Source of the DNA: Elainellaceae cyanobacterium
Lineage (GTDB): Bacteria; Cyanobacteriota; Cyanobacteriia; CAZCXK01
Direction of reading: 5' to 3'
Length of the DNA stretch: 16,629 nucleotides
NCBI GenBank assembly: GCA_051117555.1
Contig: JBNPEG010000012.1
Location: 1-16,629, forward strand
In this document: positions 1 to 7,637 of the stretch, one piece after another
How the letters are laid out: every line of letters starts with the position of its first letter
How positions within the stretch are numbered: the first letter of the stretch is position 1
Made by a program: the position numbers and the translations under genes
Notes under the pieces: model-generated
Seen by the model: the letters and a program-made list of their open reading frames with translations, nothing else
Told to the model about the DNA's origin: nothing
The model's database searches: none

Positions 1-56
1 GCCGCGTCCTTCAGGGTTGACTTGACCCTTTCATCCAGTGTCAGCCCAATCCGCAT
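1..56 (-). CDS. N-terminus of a putative ISAzo13-family transposase (partial)
   Basis: ATG at 56 with AGAGG shortly upstream. It translates MRIGLTLDERVKSTLKDA..., like the 'L...K.TLKDAA.KL.G' start of these transposases. Only 18 codons are visible. Confidence 0.45.
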   Translation of the reverse strand, partial: MRIGLTLDERVKSTLKDA

Positions 57-123
57 TGCCCAGCCTCTTGAATGTTCACTTGGCTTCCATGATAACTGGT
101 ATCTTATTCATGAGCGAGTCCCT
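1..123 (-). mobile_element. Probable left end of an ISAzo13-family insertion sequence (partial, continues beyond window start)
   Basis: The minus strand reads TAAGGGACTCGCTCATGAATAAGATACC from 125, resembling cyanobacterial ISAzo13-type termini as I recall them. It is followed by a transposase-like N-terminus starting at 56. Only one end is visible. Confidence 0.5.
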
Positions 124-284
124 TAGCCGATTCTTCACGGGGCACTCAGGTCCACGCGACAGGTTTCTGCGATCGGATAGGGCCTCCTGCATCGCGATCG
201 CCCATTAGGGGAGATTGGATTTTCTCTCTGAGCTATAATTGCTATCTCTAGGCTATAGCGATGTGCTGTCAATCATTACTCAAT

Positions 285-304
285 ACTGATCGAAACTGAT
301 CGAA
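285..304. repeat. 10-bp perfect tandem duplication (ACTGATCGAA x2)
   Basis: Read directly: 285-294 and 295-304, ending 45 nt before the ATG at 350. Confidence 0.85.
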
Positions 305-349
305 TCATCCCCGAATCTTACTAAATACCCAACGGCTGAACAGGGTGGA

Positions 350-2398
350 ATGAGTCATTTAGATACACGAGAATGGCTGCTGACGAATGGTCTCGGCGGC
401 TTTGCGAGCGGAACAATTTGTGATGCCCATACCCGAACGTATCATGGTTGGCTGATCGCAGCGTTGAATCCACCCGGACGACGAACGCTACTGCTGGCGC
501 GGATAGATGCCACGCTAGAGTGCCAAGACCAGACCTACGAGTTGGGAACCAACTTTTGGACAAGCGGCAAGGTCAGTCCTCTGGGACATAAGCTGCTGAA
601 GTCGTTTCGTCTTGAACCTGTGCCCACATGGGTATGGGGAGATGACTCCTGGGAATTTTCGCGCCAGATGATCATGCCCTACGGCTTGATGGTAGATGAT
701 CCGGCGATGCCGTCCCAGGTCAATCGAGTGTTAATTCAATACCGCTATCATGGCGATACACCCGCCAATCTGACGCTAAGACTGCTGACTGGCGATCGCG
801 ACTTCCATCATCAGCAAACGGCTGCATCTGATTTGAAGTTTTCTCAAATCGTCGATGATCGGTGCATTTTGCTGCAAGCTCATCGCCACCACTGGCTAGG
901 CACACCATGGCATCTTCGATGGACTCGAGGCGACTATCAACCCGAGGAAATGTGGTACTGGGGGTATCGGTATCCCGAAGAAACAGAACGCGGATTGAGC
1001 GACCAGGAAGATTTGTTCAGTCCGGGATATTTGACGGTATGCCTGCAACCCGGTGACGTGATTACCCTAGAAGCCTGTGTCGGATGTTCTCCCAATGCTC
1101 ATCCCCCTTTACAGAATCAAACGTTTACCGACGCCATTCAAGCTGAACACGAACGACTCAATCATCAGTTTGCGCGGGTACTTCCGCGTGGGGTGATGCC
1201 ATCGTCTGAGTCCAAAATCAGCTCAATCTGGCACACTCTAATTAAAGCCAGCGACCAATTTATTGCGTATCGCGCATCCACCCGTAGTGCAACCGTGATT
1301 GCTGGCTATCACTGGTTTAACGATTGGGGACGAGACACATTAATTTCACTCCCAGGATTAGCGCTCACGACCCGCCGATTTGAACTCGCGCGCGAGCTTC
1401 TGAAAACGACGTGCCACTTTTATAAAGAGGGGCTGATTCCAAATGCGTTTCCAGACAATGGGGCAAAACCTCTCTACAACGGAATCGATGTCGCCCTCTG
1501 GTGGATTGAAACGTTGGGTCTATATTGGGAGGCAACGCAAGACTGGTCGTTTTTACAGGCGCATTACCCTGTGGTGCAAAATATCTATAAAGCTCTCACA
1601 GCCGGAACGATTTATAATATTCGGGTCGATGCGTTCGACGGGCTGATTACATGGGAAGCCCCGGGTATGGCGCTCACCTGGATGGACACGGTGGTTGAGG
1701 GGCAGCCTGTTACGCCGCGACAAGGCAAAGCAATTGAAATCAATGCCCTGTGGTACTCTGCTCTATGCTGGGCACAGCAATGGGCAAGCTCAGAGTGGAT
1801 GCAACACGCTATGCCTGATCAAGCCGCCTCATTAAGCAAACAGGCTCAGCGCTATGCCCATCAGGCACAACAGGTAAGAGTGTCACTCCAAAAATTCTGG
1901 AATTCAGAGCGGGGATATTTTTACGATGTCATCGAGCCTGACGATCGCCCCGATCCCACCATTCGTCCTAATGCGGTGCTAGCACTCTCCCTCAAGCACA
2001 GTGGTTTCCCAAGACCTCAAGCTCAAAGCGTGTTGCGAGTCGCGCGCGATCGCCTCTTGACCCCCTATGGTTTGCGGTCGTTAGATCCGCACGATCCGCG
2101 CTATCAGGGACGTTATGCGGGCGATATCTGGCAGCGCGATCGCACTTACCATCAAGGCACCGTCTGGACGTGGCTGATTGGCCCCTTTATACGAGCATGG
2201 GAGCAATGCTGTTTTAATGAACCCTGTCCATTTGATTGGACTCCGCTTCTCGACCACTTTGAACATCAGGCAGGGCTCGGATCTATGTCAGAAATTTTTG
2301 ATGGAGACCCACCTCATCTGCCGCAAGGAGCGATCGCTCAAGCGTGGACGGTTGCGGAAGTGATCCGCCATTTTCCACAAAATCAGAAATCGGACTAG
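350..2398 (+). CDS. Amylo-alpha-1,6-glucosidase / glycogen debranching enzyme (GDE_N + GDE_C)
   Basis: 682-aa ORF with EWLLTNGLGGFASGT, RTYHGWL, IAGYHWFNDWGRDTLISLPGL, LTWMD, YHQGTVWTWLIGPF, SEIFDGD and QAWTVAE motifs. Confidence 0.93.
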   Translation: MSHLDTREWLLTNGLGGFASGTICDAHTRTYHGWLIAALNPPGRRTLLLARIDATLECQDQTYELGTNFWTSGKVSPLGHKLLKSFRLEPVPTWVWGDDSWEFSRQMIMPYGLMVDDPAMPSQVNRVLIQYRYHGDTPANLTLRLLTGDRDFHHQQTAASDLKFSQIVDDRCILLQAHRHHWLGTPWHLRWTRGDYQPEEMWYWGYRYPEETERGLSDQEDLFSPGYLTVCLQPGDVITLEACVGCSPNAHPPLQNQTFTDAIQAEHERLNHQFARVLPRGVMPSSESKISSIWHTLIKASDQFIAYRASTRSATVIAGYHWFNDWGRDTLISLPGLALTTRRFELARELLKTTCHFYKEGLIPNAFPDNGAKPLYNGIDVALWWIETLGLYWEATQDWSFLQAHYPVVQNIYKALTAGTIYNIRVDAFDGLITWEAPGMALTWMDTVVEGQPVTPRQGKAIEINALWYSALCWAQQWASSEWMQHAMPDQAASLSKQAQRYAHQAQQVRVSLQKFWNSERGYFYDVIEPDDRPDPTIRPNAVLALSLKHSGFPRPQAQSVLRVARDRLLTPYGLRSLDPHDPRYQGRYAGDIWQRDRTYHQGTVWTWLIGPFIRAWEQCCFNEPCPFDWTPLLDHFEHQAGLGSMSEIFDGDPPHLPQGAIAQAWTVAEVIRHFPQNQKSD

Positions 2399-2473
2399 CC
2401 AATTACGTCAATCCATCGCACAATAAGAATAATTATGAGAGCAAGTTATAAATCTTTAAGGAGAGGTCTTAGC

Positions 2474-2599
2474 ATGGACTTTGATCTTCGTTTGCTCGTT
2501 GTTCTTCTGCCGATTATCCTAGCGGGAAGCTGGGCAGTCTATAACATCGGTCAAGCTGCTATCCGGCAAATCCAAGGATTCTTGGATAAGCAGGCTTAG
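2474..2599 (+). CDS. psbY: Photosystem II protein Y (41 aa; not in the ORF track)
   Basis: Hand translation gives [41 protein letters not shown], matching the PsbY pattern D.R...VL.P...A..WA..NIG..A..Q. A strong RBS (AAGGAGAGG) lies upstream. Confidence 0.95.
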   Translation: MDFDLRLLVVLLPIILAGSWAVYNIGQAAIRQIQGFLDKQA

Positions 2600-2605
2600 A
2601 GCAGA

Positions 2606-2634
2606 AAGAGATTTCGCAAGAGATTTCGCAAGAG
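2606..2634. repeat. 12-bp tandem repeat (AAGAGATTTCGC x2.4)
   Basis: Read directly; begins 6 nt after the psbY stop. Confidence 0.85.
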
Positions 2635-2638
2635 CTAT

Positions 2639-2681
2639 GAGGGGTAGCGAGTCGGTAAATTTTACTGACCTGCTATCCCTC
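2639..2681 (+). terminator. Long stem-loop downstream of psbY (terminator or 3' stabiliser)
   Basis: GAGGGGTAGC pairs with GCTATCCCTC, and GTCGGTAAA pairs with TTTACTGAC. The G-U wobbles favour the + strand. There is no clear U-tract. Confidence 0.65.
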
Positions 2682-3054
2682 GTGCGCTTAGAAACTCCAA
2701 GTAATGAGCCAAATCGACCCAGTAGATTCTACAGTTGAGAGGTTGACGCTTAACTACGACGCCTAACTACACTGGCCTACATCTCGCCGCCCGCTTCCTC
2801 GATGATCGCAGAGTTGCGGATCGCTAAACGATGAAAATTGATAACTCGATTCGGTATTAAGCTGAACATGAACTAAGGGCGTAACGCTTAGCGCTAGCGC
2901 GGTGCAAATGAAAGCAGCAAAAGTCAACATAGAAATGGCTGTGTCAAATGGTCACATTTCCGAATACAGCCACGACTGCCGACAATCAGGAAATTCTGAT
3001 AGAAGAAATTGACTCTTGCCTTCTCGGCTTACGGTTTAATCAACTACGGTCTAA

Positions 3055-4908
3055 TCAATATCGAGCATCAATATCGAGCTTGTCTGCCAATATCCAGCCT
3101 CCAGCCCGGTTGAGATTGCCCCATATCGTCAAACGCTGAGAATCGGGCAATGTTTGAAGCTGTCGATGAACAACGGGATCAAGCGTTACTACATCTAGGA
3201 TCAAGGCTGAACTATCTGATTTGGCCGTTGACTTGGCTAGCGTGAGGGTGTATTGATTCGTGTCATGGCGATTGAAGAGTCCTGAGAATTTGCCGTCAAA
3301 TTCGGTACTAGGGTATTTCAATCTGACGTTGCTAGGTTCGATTGCTCCATCATCATTGCCATCCATTGGATAGTGGTCTGGATGGTCTAGATAGTAGCGC
3401 TGGCGATCGCCCCAGTTAGATGAATTCGGGAGCCCATTGAGTAGAGGAATCACGGCGGCTGGAGCAGTTGCATCACAGAGTAACGCCTCTTGCAGACGTC
3501 GAACGGGGAGTTGTCGGGGTTCACAGAGTTGCTCAACACATAGCGCCGCCGCCATGCCCGCCGCCTGACCAATCCCCAACACGATTGGTTGTAGTCGGGT
3601 CGATCCGTTGGCAATGTGCGACACCGAGATATTTTTTTCGCAAACGAGCAACCCATCCATTGATGTTGGAATCAGGCAGCGATAGGGAATCGCAAACGGA
3701 GTGCCCGTCCAGCGTCCGCCCCAGCGCATCGACTTGGGCTTGAGCGTTAATAATTCGCTGAGTGGCCTCGGATAGTGGTGGTCATTTGCATAATTGCCAA
3801 AGGCGATCGCCTCAACTTTTCCCTGCTCATCAAGAGGCAAGGCGGCGACGCATCCCTCCGGCATCGGCAGAATATCGCGCTCGGTCACGGTGGTTAGGCC
3901 ACACAGCCGCCGACTTTCACGATAGTAAGGATGCAGGGCAAATGCGCCGCCTCCCAGCCCGTTTGGCATCCAGGGAAAGACATCGTCGGCTAAGCCGTAA
4001 CGATGACCCAAGTGAGTTTGAATGTATCGGGCAAAATTTTGGCTGTGCCAGCGGGCATCGCGTAAAAATTCATGGCGGGCGGCGTCGGAGATCACTAGCC
4101 TTTCTAACTTTTCACCATAATCGTTTCCCTGTTGGGGCCAGTTAATCATGAAGCGATCGCCCGGCAGCCGCCCATAGTTTAAAAATGACTCAGCTCCGTA
4201 GGAGTCCCATGCTCCAACGAAGTGATCTTCATTATTGCCAGGAGCAACTGGAATTTCAGGTGCAGACTGATCAGCTCCAAAATCTTGAAGCACAACTACC
4301 CAGGTCGGAGCCTGTACCGGATATCGCTGAGTTAACTCATTCGCCGCGATTGGAGCGCTTGGCTCGTGCCATTCGGATTGCCATTCCCATCCCCAGCGAT
4401 GGGGCACATCTGCTAATGCCAACAGATCGCCTAATTCGGTTGCATCTAAAACGACCTGGGCTCGAATGGTGAGGTGAGATGAGGAATTAGAAACGTGAAC
4501 TCCAGTCAGGCGATCGCCCTGGGTCTCGACTCCCACTGGACTATAACCCGATATCCAATGAAGGGTATGACACTCCTTGACCCAATCTTCAAAAATCTGG
4601 GCACCTATGCGGGGATCATAGGTAAAAAAGCTCACCCAGGCGTGATTGAGTCCTCCGGATTGGCGATGCCGGAGTTCTTGAAGAAATGCTCCCCAAATTC
4701 CTGTCTGAAAGGCTGCTAACTCATTGCCGTCGGGGGCGCTTACGCCTGCCGAGGTGAGCATCCCTCCCAGCCACGAAAATTCACTGACAAGTATTGTGTT
4801 TGCGCCTCGTCGAGCTGATTGAATCGCTGCGGCTGTTCCGCCCGTGCCTCCGCCGATGACCAAAACCTCAGTTGTAAGAATCTCCGTGTTGCCCGTATTG
4901 AATGACAT
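3055..4908 (-). CDS. FAD-dependent oxidoreductase (FAD_oxidored-type, cyanobacterial)
   Basis: 617 aa with N-terminal Rossmann motif VLVIGGGTGGTAAAIQSARRG, plus WLGGMLTSAGV, LDATELGDLL, PYYRESRRL, IPYRCLIP and SVSHIANGSTRLQP. Confidence 0.88.
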   Translation of the reverse strand: MSFNTGNTEILTTEVLVIGGGTGGTAAAIQSARRGANTILVSEFSWLGGMLTSAGVSAPDGNELAAFQTGIWGAFLQELRHRQSGGLNHAWVSFFTYDPRIGAQIFEDWVKECHTLHWISGYSPVGVETQGDRLTGVHVSNSSSHLTIRAQVVLDATELGDLLALADVPHRWGWEWQSEWHEPSAPIAANELTQRYPVQAPTWVVVLQDFGADQSAPEIPVAPGNNEDHFVGAWDSYGAESFLNYGRLPGDRFMINWPQQGNDYGEKLERLVISDAARHEFLRDARWHSQNFARYIQTHLGHRYGLADDVFPWMPNGLGGGAFALHPYYRESRRLCGLTTVTERDILPMPEGCVAALPLDEQGKVEAIAFGNYANDHHYPRPLSELLTLKPKSMRWGGRWTGTPFAIPYRCLIPTSMDGLLVCEKNISVSHIANGSTRLQPIVLGIGQAAGMAAALCVEQLCEPRQLPVRRLQEALLCDATAPAAVIPLLNGLPNSSNWGDRQRYYLDHPDHYPMDGNDDGAIEPSNVRLKYPSTEFDGKFSGLFNRHDTNQYTLTLAKSTAKSDSSALILDVVTLDPVVHRQLQTLPDSQRLTIWGNLNRAGGWILADKLDIDARY

Positions 4909-5004
4909 ATTGAATGGTTAACACTGAATTATGAGTCTACCGGAACAGCCGATGTGAATCACAGATCCGCGATCGCCACTATGCCTTCAGCATTTAGCAG
5001 AGCC

Positions 5005-5062
5005 GTAGGGTGCTGTATAGCCTTTCAGGCATGGCTACGCTAAAGCATCAGCGCAACGCACC
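5005..5062. repeat. REP/SDR-like cyanobacterial palindromic element with an internal hairpin
   Basis: GTAGGGTGCTGT...CAGCGCAACGCACC: a GTAG foot and GGTGC/GCACC arms enclosing TAGCC-TTTCAGGCAT-GGCTA. It resembles dispersed cyanobacterial repeats from memory; copy number cannot be seen here. Confidence 0.5.
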
Positions 5063-5139
5063 AATCATAGGTTATTTTTTAACACGCCCTAAGCCTTCAG
5101 CAGTTAGCGTTTAGCACTCAATATTCAAGATTCGACAGG

Positions 5140-5197
5140 CTCGGACGTTCTTGTCTCGGACGTTCTTGTCTCGGACGTTCTTGTCTCGGACGTTCTT
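5140..5197. repeat. 15-bp perfect tandem repeat (CTCGGACGTTCTTGT x3.9)
   Basis: Units start at 5140, 5155, 5170 and 5185 (13 of 15 nt). The array overlaps the TAA stop (5196-5198) of the neighbouring gene. Confidence 0.95.
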
Positions 5198-5897
5198 AAC
5201 AATAGGGCGTAACGTCTTCACCACAATCATCTGCGAGATAGGATAACGCGCGGAATCGCAAGCCAACCATTTGCTCGTATAAGGGATTGAGCTTACACAA
5301 TGGCGGAATGTGAACGACTTTTTTGCTAAATAAGGTGACATCTCGCTCAAATGGGCATTGAGGCGGAATCATCTTACATAAAAACCGAGCCACGCTGGGA
5401 TCATGGATTTCAAGCTGATCTAGCCATTCTTTCACTGGGCGCAATGGCTTGACCGACTTGGGCTGACTCGGGATTTGATGGGGATATGTCGAATCGGGTG
5501 CAGATGACGCGTCGGCGGCGTCGTAGTCTTGAATGGTCGTGCGAAGTGACTCCAATACGGCAGGCTGTTGTCCTAACGCATTGCAGAATTTTTGTAGCAG
5601 TTGATCTTCAGATGGAGAATAGACGCCATCTGCGATCGCCACCATGACAGCCGTTCGGAGAAAATTTTCAGCCGTGCTCGCATCATTTCCCAAGACATTA
5701 GCTAATTCATTGGGATCAACCGCCTCCAACGAATCGATGTTAATATCTGGAGCGAGTTGTTCTTGGGTCAGGCTTTCAATCAGCTTCTGTTCATCTGGGT
5801 CAAAATGCCCATCTGCCCAGGCAACGGCTGATAATCCTCGCAGCCACACCGATACCTGCTCACGACTGTAGGGAGTTTGGGTCGTCGTACTAGTCAT
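5196..5897 (-). CDS. TerB-like N-terminal plus Mo-dependent nitrogenase C-terminal domain-containing protein (function unknown)
   Basis: WLRGLSAVAWADGHFD..E and FLRTAVMVAIADGVYS..E are TerB-like. ARFLCKMIPPQCPFERD...HIPPLCKLNPLYEQMVGLRFRALSYLADDCGED is the Mo-nitro_C signature. Confidence 0.9.
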   Translation of the reverse strand: MTSTTTQTPYSREQVSVWLRGLSAVAWADGHFDPDEQKLIESLTQEQLAPDINIDSLEAVDPNELANVLGNDASTAENFLRTAVMVAIADGVYSPSEDQLLQKFCNALGQQPAVLESLRTTIQDYDAADASSAPDSTYPHQIPSQPKSVKPLRPVKEWLDQLEIHDPSVARFLCKMIPPQCPFERDVTLFSKKVVHIPPLCKLNPLYEQMVGLRFRALSYLADDCGEDVTPYC

Positions 5898-5910
5898 AAA
5901 ATTCTCAATT

Positions 5911-5938
5911 GAACTCAGTCTTTAGAACTCAGTCTTTA
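5911..5938. repeat. 14-bp perfect tandem duplication (GAACTCAGTCTTTA x2)
   Basis: Read directly; lies 13 nt upstream of the minus-strand ATG at 5897. Confidence 0.9.
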
Positions 5939-6070
5939 CGTCTTTAACCAAAGTTCCACCTTATCTTAGCTCTGTAATTACAAATAACCAGTGTTGTTCG
6001 TGACACGATCTAAGCTGTCCTTAAAAAAGATAAAAACGTGGCCAGGACTTAGCAATCATGACAGGCCAAT

Positions 6071-6868
6071 TTATGGCACCATGTCACCCACACCATTTAA
6101 GACGTAGTGCGGACGGTAGGCAAACTCGTTAAGGTCGTCGAGATTCGTGACCCCGCTGAGAACGAGCACTGTCTCAATCTCTGATTCGATGCCTGCGATA
6201 ATGTCGGTATCCATGCGATCGCCAATGATTGCAGTCTCTTCGCGGGTGCATCCCAGCTTTTTGAGAGCGTTGCGCATCATCAGAGGATTGGGTTTCCCAA
6301 TAAAGTAGGCTTTTGAGCCCGTCGTGAGTTCGAGGGGTGAAATCAGCGCCCCAGTCGCTGGGACAATGCCTTTTTCAGATGGGCCTGTCAGGTCTGGATT
6401 TGTCCCAATCAGCTTGGCTCCACTGCGGATTAAATAACAGGCATGTTCTAATTTCTCAAAGCTATAGCCCCGTGTTTCACCGACTACCACGTAATCTGGA
6501 GAGGTATCATTCATTGAAAATCCAGCTTCATAGAGCGCATTGATAACGCCGGCTTCACCGATGACAAATGCACTCCCACCAGGGGCTTGCTGCGCTAAAA
6601 ATGCGGCTGTCGCTAACGCACTCGTATAGAAATTGTCTTCCGGGACTTCGACGCCTAATCGACGCAGTTTTTCTTTGAGTTCGCGGGGCGATCGCTCGCT
6701 GCTGTTGGTGAGAAACAAAAATCGTTTCTGTTCTGCTTTGAGCCAATCTAAAAATTCTGAAACACCGGGCAGCAATCGATTGCCATGATAAATGACCCCA
6801 TCCATATCGCAGATAAAGGCGTTGCGATCGCGCAACAAATCGAGCGAAGCTTCAGATTCAATCAGCAT
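6071..6868 (-). CDS. HAD-superfamily subfamily IIA hydrolase (NagD-like phosphatase)
   Basis: Motif I FICDMDGVIY, motif II FLTNSS, LIGTNPD, motif III GKP and motif IV IIGDRMDTDI..G.....TVLVLSGVT. Confidence 0.92.
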   Translation of the reverse strand: MLIESEASLDLLRDRNAFICDMDGVIYHGNRLLPGVSEFLDWLKAEQKRFLFLTNSSERSPRELKEKLRRLGVEVPEDNFYTSALATAAFLAQQAPGGSAFVIGEAGVINALYEAGFSMNDTSPDYVVVGETRGYSFEKLEHACYLIRSGAKLIGTNPDLTGPSEKGIVPATGALISPLELTTGSKAYFIGKPNPLMMRNALKKLGCTREETAIIGDRMDTDIIAGIESEIETVLVLSGVTNLDDLNEFAYRPHYVLNGVGDMVP

Positions 6869-7080
6869 AAGCCGCTTAGATAAGGTTAACCAACCAGGAT
6901 TATAAGCGCTCTTACTCAGAGCGGCTGTTTATCAGCTCCGATTAACCACCGTGAGCGCCAACTCAATCCCTGATTTTAGTAGTCGTCTAGAAACTTTGTG
7001 CAAAGCACCTTGACCTTGAGTCGTAAGCGATTCAAAGGGCATCCCAAACCTATCTAACATGGAGTGAAGCCCTTCATCAT

Positions 7081-7104
7081 CTGTCACAATAGCTGTCACA
7101 ATAG
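7081..7104. repeat. 12-bp perfect tandem duplication (CTGTCACAATAG x2)
   Basis: Read directly; ends 13 nt before the ATG at 7118. Confidence 0.9.
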
Positions 7105-7117
7105 ATAGAATAGTTGG

Positions 7118-7624
7118 ATGTATCGTTCAAACCGTATGACTTGGAGATTGTTCGTCGTTGGATTTCTAATATGCCTCACCTGGTTCGGGGCGCTTCCAGC
7201 GCAGGCTGAAGTGATTATGCCGATGTCGTTTAGCAACGCAGAACTGAAGGGGCAAGACTTTTCAGGCGAGGATTTGCGTGCGTCAGAATTTTCTAACGCA
7301 AATTTGGAGCGCGCCAATTTTCGCAATGCTAATCTTCAGGGTGCAATTTTTAGCGCGTCGGTGATGACCATGACTGACTTTGAGGGGGCTGACCTCACCA
7401 ATGCGATGGTCGACCAATCAAAATTCTTGAAAGCCAATCTGAAGGATGTCGTTTTGGTTGATACGATTTTGCTAGGCTCAACCTTTGAAGAGACAGATAT
7501 TACCGGGGCTGATTTCTCGGGAGCGATTTTAGACAAGATTCAGATTAGAGAATTATGTCAGAACGCGGATGGAGTTAATTCAAAAACGGACGTTTTGACC
7601 CGTGAGTCGTTGGGATGTCGCTAG
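7118..7624 (+). CDS. Pentapeptide-repeat protein with signal peptide (probably lumenal or periplasmic)
   Basis: Hydrophobic leader ending in AQA, A(D/N)LXX repeats, and C-terminal LC..ADGVNSKT...TRESLGC typical of cyanobacterial lumenal pentapeptide proteins. Confidence 0.92.
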   Translation: MYRSNRMTWRLFVVGFLICLTWFGALPAQAEVIMPMSFSNAELKGQDFSGEDLRASEFSNANLERANFRNANLQGAIFSASVMTMTDFEGADLTNAMVDQSKFLKANLKDVVLVDTILLGSTFEETDITGADFSGAILDKIQIRELCQNADGVNSKTDVLTRESLGCR

Positions 7625-7637
7625 TGGGGTGATTACG

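Noticed and set aside
2948..3139. 63-aa plus-strand ORF
   Set aside because: It overlaps the oxidoreductase 3' end in antisense and has no recognisable motif or clear RBS.
5111..5350. 79-aa ORF with (KNVRD)n
   Set aside because: It is an alternative frame overlapping the Mo-nitro_C gene and is extended only by the 15-bp array.
5196..5897. Nitrogenase / nif gene
   Set aside because: Only the family name refers to nitrogenase. There are no NifH/D/K motifs and no nif cluster here.
5974..5989. NtcA-like site TGTAATTACAAATAAC upstream of the Mo-nitro_C gene
   Set aside because: The spacing does not fit GTA-N8-TAC. Only a short TGTAATTACA palindrome is present.
7602..7637. GTG start for purK from the ORF track
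   Set aside because: It overlaps the pentapeptide gene. PurK similarity begins right after ATG 7638.
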